From: Eledone cirrhosa
Lineage: Eukaryota
Assembly (NCBI GenBank): GCA_964016885.1
Contig: OZ024743.1
Coordinates: 156,426,001 to 156,490,000 of the forward strand
Reading direction: 5' to 3'
Length of the DNA: 64,000 nucleotides
Shown here one piece after another: positions 39,094 through 52,948 of this stretch (its first letter is position 1; every line of letters starts with the position of its first letter). The translations under genes and the position numbers were made by a program. Under the pieces are notes generated by a model that made no database searches, was not told the DNA's origin, and was given only the letters and a program-made list of their open reading frames with translations.

Positions 39094-40059
39094 TCCTAAG
39101 ATAGAGAGTACACTCTGTTTTATCACACTCCAGGGAAATGTCATTAATTACTTGCTTGTTTCGTTTAAAGTGCATGTTATTTTGCAAAGGGCCCCTAATA
39201 ATATTTTTTAAAGTGTAATTGACAAATGTTTTCTTTGTGAGTGTATTACCTCTTCCCCTTGTCAATATATTATGTCAAATACAAAAAGTCGAAACAATCC
39301 ATATGCGATCAAAAATAGTCCGTTTGCTGAATGCAAACGAGAAAGAGAAGTTTCATATGTCAATTAAATAGTTCTATAAGATACACCGCAGACGAAAGAT
39401 AATCTTATATTAAAGTATATAAGGACAATCTTGTCATCATGGTCCACTTATCTCAGCGGAAGCGACTGAATGTATGCAAAGATTTCAATGGATATCCAAA
39501 TATATTTGATAGAGATTATCTATTTTGTATTTAAACTATATTCTGTAGAATATCAACAGTAATAATGTAAAATTCATTGTTGAATTTTCATTCCATGAAG
39601 TAGATTAAATAAAAATGTTATCCTTACAGATCTATTTAATCATACATTTGTTTATTATATATATACATAGGGAAAACAATTACCCATTGTGAAATAAATT
39701 AAAGCATCTATTTTACAGTAATATATCCATATGTTGTAGAAATTAATGATTTTCCAAAATAAATATGATCTTGCTTGTAAAATGCTGTATACAGAAGGTT
39801 TTGATATTTTAATTATGTTTGCATTATAATCCTGGTACTGTTATCAGACACATAACAACTGCTTTGCTTTCCAGGTTAAACGAAGTGGTTGGCGAACTCT
39901 TCACAAGCGACATCACTGTACGAGCGATAGCAACTGCTAGTTGTAACTACACAAATTAACAATGATAGGGGACTGGATGAGGGCGAGCAAACCTGGTAGC
40001 ATAGACAAGTAAGAACTTTTCTAAATTAGCCATAGGCCCCGGAACAAAAGTCCTCCCAG

Positions 40060-41345
40060 TATCAAAAGTATAGTCCTACGATTTTGCCAGTACCAAGAGC
40101 ATGTCGACTGACTTGGTCATATGTACACTAATCCCCAACAGAATACGAAATAGAATTAACACCGACATCATTTCTAGACTGGCAGAGAGCTGTGAAGGAG
40201 TGATAGTGTTCCAATTGCCATGCGACCTTTCTCTCTATTCCCTTGACTCATGCTTGGATCCTCAAATAGATCAGCTGAGGTAAGTTGAGACAAACAAAGA
40301 GCGATCACACCTGTTCATTCAAGCAGGCAGCGTTTATGTCACAGCCACTCTGTATGTCCATGCATCATTAGCCACGCCATGCCATATAGTTCAGCTATCG
40401 AATATTTACAGCAAACATATCACCGGATCACTGGAACGTGTCTCTTCCACAAAAGCGAAAGATCTGCCATTCCAATCCCCTCAGAAATTAACTGGAGTAA
40501 GGTGTAATGGATAGGCGAAGGAAATGATGTAGGCATTCTCACCCTCTGATCAACCATTCAGAGATATACACCACTAGACTCATTACAGTACGAGATTGGT
40601 CACATTGATCGGCACCACATCTTAAATTTCTGTACCAAACCGACGTCCTAGAACTTTAATCATTCCATCCACCCAGCTAACTTCGAACTCATTGGATAAC
40701 ACGGAGCTCTTCCTCCAGTCGTCGAGCTGGAGCTTCACTGTTTTTCATGATTACACATTACTTCCCTCTCCATTTCTTACACACCGATATCGGTGCCATC
40801 ACCATGATGAATATGATTTCCGACAGTACTTATTTGGCGTCGTTATCGTTTCCGTTGCTGAACACCTATCTTCACGCAGGATGGACTTCATCATAATCAG
40901 AGTCTGCAGTTCTGAAGTTAGAATATGCCGATGAGAAGAGAGGCGAGCGCAGAAACCTGACGTTTTCCGATAGATAAGATGCTGTTCTACATATCAGTGT
41001 TCTACATGTCAGTGGTCCCCAGATTGCACGACCAAAAGTGGCTGCCTTGAGGATAAAGACGAAATATTGAGGATTAAAACCAGCGAAAATTTCCAATAAC
41101 GTTTCCTCTGAAAGATCTTCAAAATCACATTCGAAGACAATATCGTAGAGGAAGAAATTCATTTGCGAAGCAGAACACCATGGTGCTGCGTCGGTTTTAT
41201 TCGGCCTGCAAGGACTGCATTGTGTCGAATGTCGGAGAAGGGAAAGCAGCCGAGACGCCGACCCCTGTATATCTTGCAACTAACAGCCTTAGATGATTTG
41301 CGGCACACATTAATTATTTGGACAGATCTAGAGGAAAATGTAGCA
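40060..41345 (+). pseudogene. Heavily decayed, apparently intronless nicotinic acetylcholine receptor-like (Cys-loop channel) gene; possibly chemotactile-receptor type
   Basis: Collinear motifs read by eye: KYSPTILPV (40066), EIELTPTSFLDW (40147), LSIPLTHAWI (40231; these three are in one frame), HLFIQAGSVY, RRPRTLIIPS (40641), LPP, SFTVF, LFFMITHYFP, MMNMI..LASLSFPLLNTYLH, then GKAAET and LYILQLT..TLIIW. The span is ~420 codons with many stops and frameshifts. A candidate acceptor tttgctttccag ends at 39873. Confidence 0.5.
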
Positions 41346-42191
41346 TAGCATCAGTGCTAGCGGAAGCGTACTGTTTCTTTGCGCTACAAGGACCTGAAAA
41401 TGTAATACATTAGAACTAAGTATATTACACCCAAAGTCATGTGTCTAGTAGACCTAAAGAGAATTTAACCGTATCATTAATGTGACTATTCGACAAAAGC
41501 TGTAATCTCAGATTTTGCGAGTCAACTTCGCCTATTTGAAGCATATGTACATCTAAAAGTCTATACTTATAGATAGCTTCTAACCAGTATTATCTATTGA
41601 CTGTACAAGTTTCTAATTATGAAGATAAAGAAATTTGCACTTTAAGAAAACCAATGAATATACGATAAAATGTCTAATTCCATAGACAAATTCCAGGCTC
41701 TTTTTCTCATCATTAAATACGGTAAAATACCACTTCTTATTAACAGTTATGTGCTTGCTGAACTGGCCATAAAGTTTACCATAAGTTTCGTTTAAGTTTA
41801 ATATGCATAAAATAAATATATATTGGTTTCCAAGAAAGCTATTTAGATTTGCTTGATATAGCAGTCATCATATTGCGAATTTTATGACAACATTAATAAA
41901 TAGGAGAAGCGAACATATACAAATAGGAAAAATAATCCCAGACAAATGTAGATAATAATCAGCGGAAAGAGTATAATAAAATGTTGTTGTAACTGGTAAT
42001 ATCGTATCTATAATACCCCATTTGTTACTCACTAACTTGTTAAGATTCTCTGAGATAAAATATGTTAATCAATTCATATATCTGATAAAGAAAACATATC
42101 AATACGATCAGTAGTTCTCTGCAATTGCTTAATATATGTGAAAGTAAAATGAAGAAGTTCTTTGAATGTATTTCATTATATTAACACTCAC

Positions 42192-42220
<29 letters not shown>

Positions 42221-42225
<5 letters not shown>

Positions 42226-42945
42226 GGAAAAAATGAAACGAAATTTCATTTCCCACTCTTAGTACGGCTGTTACTTAAATAAACGTATGTACACGTACAT
42301 ACATATATGTATATAGCCGTACAGTAGTATATATATATATATATATATATACATACATGCACACATATATATATGTACGTATGGATTCACCGAACACTTA
42401 TTATAATGCCCAGTGTGTTTGTAAACAAACAACCCGTATTAAGCCGTAGTGTCTAGCAACAATCGTTGCTCGTTTGTTCAACATTGACAAAGGAACGATG
42501 TACTAGTTTCAAGCTTATTAGCTATCGTCAGCAACGTATACCTTCCTGCCAGAATGTTGAACGTATATACTTACCTTATGCATATTAACGGCTGAGTAGC
42601 CCAATTTGCATATCGAGTGGGTTAATCGGCCGGGTGCACCGAAAACGATAAACGGAAAATATGAAATGAAATTTCATTTCCCACTCTTAGTACGGCTGTT
42701 ACTTAAATATAAGTATGTACACGTACATACATATATGTATACAGACGTACAGTAGTATGTATATATACATACAGGCACACATTAATATATGTACGTATGG
42801 ATTCACCGAACATTTATTATAATGCTCGGTGTGTTTGTAAACAAACATCCCGTATTAAGCCGTAGTGTCTAGCAACAATCGTTGCTCGTTTGTTCAACAC
42901 TGACAAAGGAACGCTGTACTAGTTTCAAGCTAGCTTTAAGCTTGT
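42221..42945 (-). mobile_element. Tandem 1.7 copies of a ~430-bp non-coding HHR repeat (retrozyme- or pLTR-like)
   Basis: 42221-42649 is repeated at 42650-42932. It starts at (TA)n, and the second copy breaks off inside the HHR. Confidence 0.75.
42495..42537 (-). ncRNA. Minimal type I hammerhead ribozyme
   Basis: acgttg-CTGACGA-t-agct-aata-agct-t-GAAA-ctag-TA-catcgt. Stem III is the palindrome CTAG and the triplet is GUA. Confidence 0.75.
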
Positions 42946-43078
42946 TAAGAACCTACAGATAGAAATGTTAATAAACACAACATTTGGCTTGGGTAAATTT
43001 TTAAGATGTTCTTTCATTGTAGGTTTCTTTTCTCCTTATTTCCTTCCGCTCCTCTTCCTTCTTCACCCCTTCCCCTCT

Positions 43079-43128
<50 letters not shown>

Positions 43129-44234
43129 GGCTAGATTTACCGGCATTTTATGTATTCAGGAATCCTCCCTCCACTCCTGAGCAAAATAACGCACGCCCAC
43201 TCCAGTCAGCGATGGAGGAGGGGGTGGAGTTAACGTGTTCTGATGTCGGGTTTGAATAGTTTTTAGGATTCCCCAGTTCAGCAGCCAGTGCGTTAAAGAA
43301 AATTGATAGTTCCAACAATAAAGGCTGAACAGAGAACACATTTTTTAACAAACTTTACAATAATGTGTACAACCATACTTCAAATTCCAAGTAACAGAAA
43401 ATACATAAATTACATTGTTAGAGCCTCAGCGTATACAATATTTTTTGTTCGGCCCTTGGGAGCAAAGATGAAGAGATTGTTTGGCGAGCTCACTCTAGAG
43501 CATCCTACATACAATTGACGCTGATTTTCCCAGATGAAGGCCAGCCACTTTTAGGGTTTGACCCTGAGTTTGTTGATGGTAATCGCGAAGCTTAGTCTCT
43601 CTGTTTCTCTAGTAACATTTTTTTTCTTCTGGAAAATCTGATCTTACAGCCAGGCTAGAACTTTTTGAGTGGCATATCGGCAGTAACAATGACGATAAGC
43701 CATCTGTGCTTTCGTGAAATAAATACGTTTGTTTATATTTTGTCTTTTGTGCATGTAAACATATCTGTACACGAATATATAATTATATATATATAATTAT
43801 ATATATATATTAAAATAACATATTAAGGTTTAAGCAAAGAATCGCTGCTTTCACCCTTAACGGGGTCTTCTGAAACAAACAAAAATCAATCTGTGAACGC
43901 AGAAGTAAATATTTCGAAAAACGTTGCAACCGAAAGAAAACAGGAAGATGATACTTTGGTTCGTGAAAATGTTATAACTGGAAGTGTTGACATTTTGAAA
44001 ATTTTAAAGTGAATATTTAAATAATGATTCTAATATTTTAATAAAATTCAGTAGACGAACATACCCTCACCCTTTTACTTGGAAAAAGTTACGTCTATGG
44101 TACAAATGTGATTCTGTTTCGTACAGCCGTTTAGCGGAAAGTTTGTTACCTACATACGGCCGGCAACCTTTCAGTATATATATATATATATATTAAAATA
44201 CAAATATTAATAAAATAGTTGTTCTTTTGATCAA

Positions 44235-44295
44235 TTACATTTTATTATACATATTTCGGATGTACAAGTGTACGTCCTCATCAGACAAAATATAA
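44235..44295 (-). ncRNA. Well-formed minimal type I hammerhead ribozyme at a PLE-like 3' end adjoining (TA)n
   Basis: ttatattttgt-CTGATGA-ggacgtacacttgtacatcc-GAAA-tatgta-TA-ataaaatgtaa. Stem I has 11 bp. Confidence 0.85.
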
Positions 44296-44845
44296 TGACA
44301 CATGACATACCCTGAGATGTTAAATGGTTAAGATTTAATCAAGGTAGTGATTAACCTAAGAGAAAATTTAACATTTATACCCTAATTATGAGAAAATGCG
44401 AAAACGTAATAAATTCAACAGAGGACGTGTAAGAAAAACGTTGCTTAATGTAACAGTCATAGCGATTTTAAAATGTATGATAATACAATTTATCTATGAA
44501 AACATCTCATGAATCTTAACAGACAGTGTTAGCCCCTGGAAAAGGATTAATAGAGAGGGAAATATAAAGGTGGGGGTGGGGGGGGGGGGGAATATGCAGA
44601 AGGAGATGTTTCCCGAAAGTTAAACGGTTAATTTTGAAAATATTTAATTTATAATTTTAGGGTGAAGAATCAAGATTTCGGGATTTTTTTGCTGGTTATT
44701 TATATATTAGTTTTATAAATTCTATAAGTGTATTAACATTTCTAGCTTCTGAGATTTATGAAGGTACCATTTAAAGGATTTAGCTGGCACATCAAGAATG
44801 AAATTGTATACTGTTGATTATTTTCCTAAATTTAAACTTTAACAA

Positions 44846-45270
44846 AGATACCAACATATTAGGTATGTATAGCTTTTGAAGAACTTATTGTTAGAAATAT
44901 TTAAATAAGGATTATGTATATAGATATAGATATATTAATGAGCCAGTATATTTTATGTAAATAATAACGACGAATATAAATAAAATAATAGATTGAGGCA
45001 TGTTAAGGTTAAATATACACCTATATATAATTAGGTGTAAATGCATTAATTATTCGTTAACGAAGATATCAACATATTAGGTATGTAAAGCTACTGAAGT
45101 ATTTATTGTTAGAAATATTTAAATAACGATTATGTATAGAGATATATATTAATGAGCCAGTATATTTTAGGTAAATAATAACGAAAATAAAAATAAAATA
45201 ATAGATTGAGGCATGTTAAGGTTAAATATACACCTGTATATATAACAGGGTGTAAATGCATAATTATTCT
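44846..45270. repeat. Tandem duplication of ~218 bp within a probable PLE 3'UTR
   Basis: agata.caacatattaggtatgt.. occurs at 44846 and 45064 with collinear similarity. Confidence 0.85.
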
Positions 45271-47757
45271 TATTTCAGAGTATACATAATCAAGAAATTT
45301 GGAAGTTAGCTAAAGATTATGTATAGGAAGATATAGGGAGGTATATAAAGATAGATATAAGGTATTAGCGGTGCAGTATACTTTAGGTAAATGATAACGG
45401 TTATACTTTTATAAAATAGAGTTCAACGTGTTACATTTAAATACATATATATTTATAAGAGAAACACTAATAATTCAGAGTTCAAAATAATGTCTATAAT
45501 AATTTTTAGTTTGGATATTTTCTCTATATTTGAATCATGTATATAGAAGTTTGGTAGGTATAAACAAAAATATATAAAATATAATATATAATTACATACA
45601 TATTATAATACATTATATTATAAATAAGAGATCAAAAACGCACCAACAATTCAAATTTGTATATAAGTTTGAATCTATTTTAAATTTTAGATTTTAAAGT
45701 GCAGTAGGTATATTTAAAAATATAATTACATACATATTATAATATACTATATTATATTATACTATAAATAAGAGATCAAAAACGCATTAAAAATTTACAG
45801 TTATAGATAAGTTCCGTATAGATGTATGTGTATTAAACTTAAAACTAATTCCTTGACATACTCATTGAATATTGTTTAACACTTTAATATATATATATGT
45901 ATATATATATTCATTGATTTTCTATATATTTTACCTTTCATTTTCAGTCATTATCAGCTAACATGTAAGGTCGAAAGAATCTCGTTGTGTGGTGTATTGT
46001 CTCATCTTCGAAGCAATGAATAGATATGTCATAAAGCAGTCTTTTGAAAACAGTAGTGATATACTGAAGTCACCTAGCGTTGTATGAGCATCTATTGCAA
46101 AATCGTCTCTTATGCGATCCGTCTGATAGCTGGGTGCCTCCTCAACACGGGACGAATTACACATATAGAGTTCATACATGTCTATTTAGTTTGAGTTAGC
46201 TTAAATATGTGGCAAATGTCGAGTGTAACGCAGATTAAATTTGAGATTTAAAATTATCATATACAAAAAACATGATGTTAACACTCACGGTGACTTACAT
46301 ATTTATTTTTTCAAGCGAATGTTATTTTTGAATGTATATAAAAGGATATATTTAAACTCAAATACAGATTTTCTTTTTTTAAAACATTATTTTCTCCATA
46401 CTAATATTTTGCTTTTATTCAAACGTTATGATAGATGGTGTAATATATATTATGAATCTAACAAGTATGAAAGTAATGTTTCAAGGGAGGAAAAAGGGAA
46501 CATGAAAACAGTAGTTACAAATTAAATGCAAATATATAAATGATATAGTCACATCGTAAATCATCTTATAATAATTCCTAACATAAACATGAAGCCTCAT
46601 CTTTTTGTGGAGATAAATGTGAATTAAGATGTTCATCATACTGTTTGCATGGCGTTTTCCTTTGAATAACATTTCTATATCATATTACTGGAAAGAATAT
46701 TGAGTATATTATCGTCTTTTGCATGCGGTTAATGACAATGTCTCTAAATACGAGGATTCCATTTGCTGGCCTAAGTATGGGTCACTAAATATATACTCAT
46801 ACTTGGTGTCGAATGGCTATTCAATACACTGTGCATTCAGAAATTTGTTGTAATAGCATATGCAAATTAATAGATAATAGTTTTGTAATATTCATAAAGC
46901 GATATATACAACTAAACATTACAATATTTACAATTAAAAAAGTTGAATCACACATTACCATATATACATTTATAATATTGATATATATTAATATACATAT
47001 TGGAACTCTGCTTGTTCTTATAGTTTATAAATGCGACCTAGGTGAACCCATTATAAGCTGAGTGGAGTCATTTATCTAATTGACAATGGGAATTAAAAAC
47101 CAAGAATATGCTATTGCTTCGGAATAAGACAATGTATGTGAACAAGATACATCTCTTTTACCATAATGTAGTGACGTTCTATGTTGGCATGAGTCTTTCA
47201 AAAATACCCTTTAGTCCGAGCAAATCATTAGTTTCTATCGTTAATAGAGAAGGGAGTATACAGTGGATGATTCTAGAAGTTTATTGGCATCATGTCAATA
47301 TGCACATTTAATGTAATTGTCTTAATCATCTCTTACTAAACTCCTCAATTTGATGAATGATTTGCATACTCATTCAGTTTCAAAAAGAACCTATACTTCA
47401 GTAAACACAAGACGGGTTATTATGTTGAGGGTTGCGATATATATTTTTCCCGTTGCCCCAACTGTTTTTCTATGCGAAGCATGTTCCTCTTATGTAGATA
47501 ACATCACTGAGAGAGGGTTCTTGCCCTGGGGGTCAGGGTGGCCGTGTTCTAGTGTGTGCTTTTCGCCACGAGTCACCCTCGGTAGTTTCCTCCTTTTTGG
47601 GGAATTATTGTTATTTGATTTGTTTCATTTCTATCCCAATTTCTATCTTGTTATAGACTATTTTACACGGCCAAAACACACTTTGTATCGTCCTATACCG
47701 TTCTGTGCCGTCTGTAATGTTTTTATTCATGTTAGCCCTTGTGGCCGATAAAGGAAC

Positions 47758-50700
47758 CATTATTATTATTATTCTTTGAGTCTCAGTCATTGATGTTAGT
47801 TACTTGAAAGTCTGTTGAAATGAATATCAATCCACTACCTGCAGCCTCAGATATTCAGGACGTATCGGAGGGTTCTTGCTGTTCCCAGCAAGCATGCCTT
47901 TTGAAGCGTTCCAAAAAGCGTGGCGGGGCCAATTTTCTTTAACCATCCCTGGAAACTTTATGAGATAGTACCTAGTGCGCCTATGACAATCGGGACCACT
48001 TTGACTTCATGGCAGTTCCAAATCCTTTTTACCTCCCACTTTAAGTCCGGGTATCGGTTAATTTTCTCCCTCTCCTTCTCTTGCACTCTCGTGTCGAATG
48101 GGCAGGCCACATCCACAATCAGGCACGATCTTTTTTCTTTGTCCACAACCACCAGGTCAGGTCTATTGTGTTCCAGTTTCTTGTCCGTCTGTATCCTAAA
48201 ATCCCACATCACCTTCACCTGATCGTTTTCTATCACCGCCTCTGGCGTATGCTCATACCACTTCTCAGAATGTGGTAAATTGTTTACTTTGCATAGGTGG
48301 CAGTGGATCACCTTGCCCATCACATCATGTCTCCAGCCCTTATAGTGAGTCTGGGCTAGGTGTTTACATTCGGATAGAATGTGAGCCACAGTCTCCTCTC
48401 TCTCTCCACAGATCCTGCACAGTGGGCTAGCCTCCTCCTTGTAAATATGGTGTTTCAACCCCGTCATTTTGAGGGCCTGCTCCTGCGCAGCCATTAACAT
48501 TCCTTCTGTAGCCTTTTTAAGGTCTCCTCTTTTCCACCAGTTCCATGTCTGTGGATCTCTGAATTCAGTTTTCTCAAAGAAGGTACTATGAAGGGATTTT
48601 TCCTGAAGGCTGCTTTTTCTCCTTGATGTAATTTCCTCCATGGACATACCCTGGTCTATTGTCCCCTCCTTCAGTACAGTTCTGAGCATTGGCTCCTTAC
48701 TATCAGTCACGTATTTGTGTAGGTTGTTTTTCTCCATCTGAACTCAGTCCTCAATGCTGATAAGACCTCTTCCACCTTCAGATCTCCTTAAGTAGAGTCT
48801 ATCGACATCACTCTTCTTGTGGAACATGTTGTAGATAGACAATAGCTTCCTAGTCTTCCTATCCATTTCTTTTTGTTCAGCAACATTCCATCTCAGAATT
48901 CTCGCACTGTAATTAAAATTAGACACAGCTCGGGAATTTACTGCACTTATGGCATTCCTACTTTTCAGATGTGACTTTAATACGCTCCTTACTCTCCGAA
49001 TGTATACAGTTCTTATCAATTCCTTAATTTGTTTGTTCTTGATGTCATCAGCCTCCAGAACACCCAAATACTTGTATCCTTCTTCAGAGTCAATTTTCTT
49101 TATCATCTCACCTGTTGTTACCTGGATTCCGTTACTTCTGCTCAATTTGCCCCCACTTCATCACAATGACCCCACACTTCCTAATACCAAATTGCATACA
49201 TATATCATTGCTGAAAATACGGACAGTGTCAACAAGCACATCCAACTCCTTCTCACTCTTCCCGAAGAGCTTAAGATCGTCCATGAAGAGGAGGTGATTG
49301 ATGGTAAGCCCTCCCCTTCCCAACCTGTATCCTGCTCTCACTTTTCGCAGTACACGGGTCAGGGGCATCAGGGCAAGGACAAACAACAGAGTGGACAGAC
49401 TATCTCCCTGGAAGATACCTCTATTTATATTCACGCTTCCCAAGGATTCTCCAGTTGATCTTAACCCTGTTTCCCAGGACTTCATATTTTGCCCAACAAC
49501 TGTCTGATGTTATCTGCCACCTTGAAGATCTCCACGTGACTTCTTTCGGCATCCTTTCTGTTCGTCCGGTAACAAGTTGTTTGTGTGGAGGTGAGGTGAT
49601 GGTAGATTTCTTCAGACATAATGCTTGTCAACAGTTTCCACATTACGGACAGACATGTGATAGGTCTATAGTTGGTAACATCATTACCCTCGATTCGGTC
49701 TTTCATTATCAGAACTGTGGTACCTTTTGTCAACCACTCTGGTACCTCACCCGACATCAAGCAGTCATTGAACATGGTTGTCAGTTTCGGGTGGAGGGAT
49801 GTTATGTTTTTAATCCATTACCCCTGCACCCCATCTGGGCCAGGTGATTTCCAGTTGGTTAGTTTTTTGGCCTGCCCCTTAAGAGTTTCAACTGTGATAC
49901 TCAAATCAGATTGTTGGTGTGCCTGTTTACTGATCTCCTTCTCTACTGTCTCAATCCACACTGCCTGGTTATTATGTTTAACATCCTGCTCCCATATTCC
50001 TCTCCAGAATGTTTTAGTTTGTTCCGCCTCAGCGATCAAGTCGTTGCCTCTTTCTTTCACTTCAAGCTGTCCAAACAGAATCTTCTGGTTGTTGTCGAAC
50101 ATGCGGTTCTGTCTATACTGGCTGTCTCTGTTATCGTATTGCCTGATGATTGCACTCTTTGCTACAATGCGTTGCTTCAGTTCCTCTATGATAATATTTA
50201 GCTTTTTCCTCCTGGTTTTGTACTTTATTTCCAGTCTATTTTTAGTTTCTATGTTTTTTAATGTCCCATCCAGTAGGGACTCAAGCTTTCCAATGTAAAT
50301 TCTCATTTCCCTGATTTGACCACTCAGTCGTTTCTTCCACCAAGGCTCTGCTCTTTCTTGTCTGTTGTTTCCTCTCGCTTTTATACCAAGTAGTTTCCTC
50401 ACCGTATTTGCTGTTGCTTTGAGGATATTGTTGCACTGGTGAAGGCTCCTCGCCTCAAGGTATGGGATGACTTTGTTTACCTTGGATGTTGTTTCGTTTA
50501 ACTTTTTCCTGTCTACAAATCTTAGGTTCATAGGTCTCCCACTATCATTGTTCAATTCATCTACCACTAAGATTAGGATATCTACCAAATCTTGTCCTAG
50601 CCCGTCAGCATTCATCTCCTCAGTGGCCGTATCTCTGTTCCAGGTATTATTTATCTCATTCAGATCATTGACTGTTTCGGGTGGTTCCTCCGTTCTCTCG

Positions 50701-51100
50701 ACCTCTTCACCTTCATTTCCCACTGGCTCGTTTGCCTGGCATACTCCACCCTCCATCTCCAAGCTAATCTATCTGCTCAGTTCCTCCAGTTCCAGCTCGC
50801 TTATCCACCCATTAGTTCTTATTACCCGAGCCTGCCTGGCCAGTTTTTGTTCATCTAATTTAAATGGACCAATCTCGTTCCAGATGTTATGCATCCTTTT
50901 CCTATAGCCTTTATCCGTGGGGTTACTCTTCAGATAACATTGCATAACAGTTCTATTCAATTATTTCGTCCAGTTGGTTCTGGTCCCTTTCGTTCTTCTT
51001 CTTCCTCCGACACCAGCAATATTTGGTTGACAGCCAGGTCCCCGCTGCTGAGCCAGGGAGCCCCTGTTGGGTGAGAGTCTGTCATATGACATTCTAGTCT
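47758..51100 (-). mobile_element. Nearly full-length, frameshifted R4/Dong-like RLE LINE with a (TAA)n tail
   Basis: ORF pieces: VMQCY..S.P...GYRKRM..IW, PWWKKRL, QNRMF, NWKSPGPDG, NYRPITCL, GIFQGDSLS, HLLFMDDLKL, YKYLG, R.EGGRGL, AAQEQAL, CRIC..ETVAHI..C, RHD, RPDLV..D..K and LQKACLLGTA..LR. Part of the RT appears deleted near 49480-49560. Confidence 0.92.
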
Positions 51101-51465
51101 CCATTTAACCGTTATTCGAACTGTTTTGGTTCGACATTTAAACGCTCTTATCGAGGATTGGCGAATGTATGGTTACATAACCACCTGGGAATTACTTGTC
51201 TCCGGTTGTTTCGTCACTCCACGTGACTTTTGTGTGGCATTATCACGCTGTAGACGAACCCAAATAAATAAACAAACAAACAGGCAGAAAAAACCTCAAA
51301 AATGAATAAGCATATGTTTCATTGTAATGTAGTGTTTGAATGACTGACTTAGTTTTTCCCTTCCCTTCTCTGTCCTCCCGTTTGTTTTTCTCTTCATTTT
51401 TATTTCCTTTGCGTTTTTCGTTGTTGCTGTGCTGCTTTGATTTTTATTTGTTTTATTTTTTTATT

Positions 51466-52948
51466 TGGACCGGGTCATCAATTCAGTCTATTTATATATT
51501 TTGATGCCTTGCTCTTTTAGTCAGAATTCTACGATGTAGCAGGGGCTAGCGGGAGAGAATAGCGGCGGTAGTGATAATGAGGCAGCCGCGGCAGCGGCGA
51601 TGGCGGTGCTGTACCAGCAGCAACTAGCAGGAGGTAGTGGGAGAGAATAGCGGCGGTAGCGATAATTGTTTCTACTATTGGCACAAGGCCAGAAATTACC
51701 CAGTACATTACTGGTACTTTATTTTATCGACCCCGTAAGGATGAAAGGCAAAGTTAACCTCGGCGGGATTTGAACTCAGAATAGCAAGGGCCGTAACTCT
51801 ATGCATCAAAGCATGGCGTCCGACCCTCTACCGATACTGCGAGGCAGCGGCGGTGGCGATGTGGTCGTATTACTGTAGCGATGGTGTTAAAGATGGAGTA
51901 GAAATTTGAGTCGACTTGACCAGAGTTTTCATCGTGGCAGTGGTGGTGTATTGGTGGGTAAATTATCTTTAGTGAAATCATCATTAGTCGCGTATATGTG
52001 TTGACATATTTTTCTTAATATTGGAATTAAACATTTTGTTAAAACTAAAACTTGATTTTGCTTATTGTTTTTTTTTTTATTTTGACCGGCTCATCAATTC
52101 AGTCTATTTATATATTTTGATGTTTTCCTCTTTTAGTGAGAATTCTACAATGTAGCAGGGGGTAGCGGGAGAGAATAGCGGCGGTAGTGATATTGAGGCA
52201 GCGGCGGCGGTGGTGATGGCGGTGCTGTGCCAGCAGCAACTAGCAGGAGCTAGTGGGAGAGAGTATCGGCGGTAGCGATAATGAGGCAATGGTGGTGGTG
52301 ATGATGTGGTCGTATTACTGTAGTGATGGTGTTGAAGTTGGAGTAGAAATTTGAGTCGACTTGATCAGAGTTTTCATCGTGGTAGTGGTGGGGGTATTGG
52401 TGGTGAAATTATCTTTAGTAAAATTATCATTAGTCGCGTATATGTGTTGACATATTTTTCTTAAATTGGAATTAAACATTTTGTTAAAACTAAAACTTGA
52501 TTTTGATTTTTGTTTTGTTGTTTTTTTTTATATTGACCGGGTCATCAATTCAGTCTATTTATATATTTTGATGTTTTTCTCTCTTAGTGGGAATTCTATA
52601 ATGTAGCAGGGGGTAGCGGGAGAGAATAGCGGCGGTAGTAATATTGAGGCAGCGGCGGCGGTGGTGGTTGCGGTGCTGTGCTAGCAGCAAGTAGAAGGAG
52701 GTAGTGGGAGAGAATAGCGGTGGTAGCGATAGTGAGGCAGCGGTGGTGGTGATGTGGTCGTATTACTGTAGTGATGGTGTTGAAGTTGGAGTAGAAATTT
52801 GAGTCGACTTGACCAGAGTTTTCATCGTGGTAGTGGTGGTGATATTGGTGGTGAAATTATATTTAGTGAAATTATCGTTAGTCGCGTATATGTGTTGACA
52901 TATTTTTCTTAATAATGGAATTAACCATTTTGTTTAAACTATAACTTG
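51466..52948. repeat. Three tandem copies of a ~450-bp repeat
   Basis: The unit start gaccgg.tcatcaattcagtctatttata occurs at ~51466, ~52082 and ~52533. Copy 1 is lengthened by a SINE. Confidence 0.9.
51667..51840 (-). mobile_element. tRNA-derived SINE inserted in repeat copy 1
   Basis: Reverse-complement homology to 61438-61618; absent from copies 2 and 3. Confidence 0.88.

Noticed and set aside
43825-43870. HHR-like motif on the minus strand (CAGAAGA-ccccgttaagggt-GAAA)
   Set aside because: The core is mutated and there is no convincing stem I or stem III.
51466-52948. CRISPR-like array or coding repeat
   Set aside because: The context is eukaryotic, and whole units are duplicated with no unique spacers.
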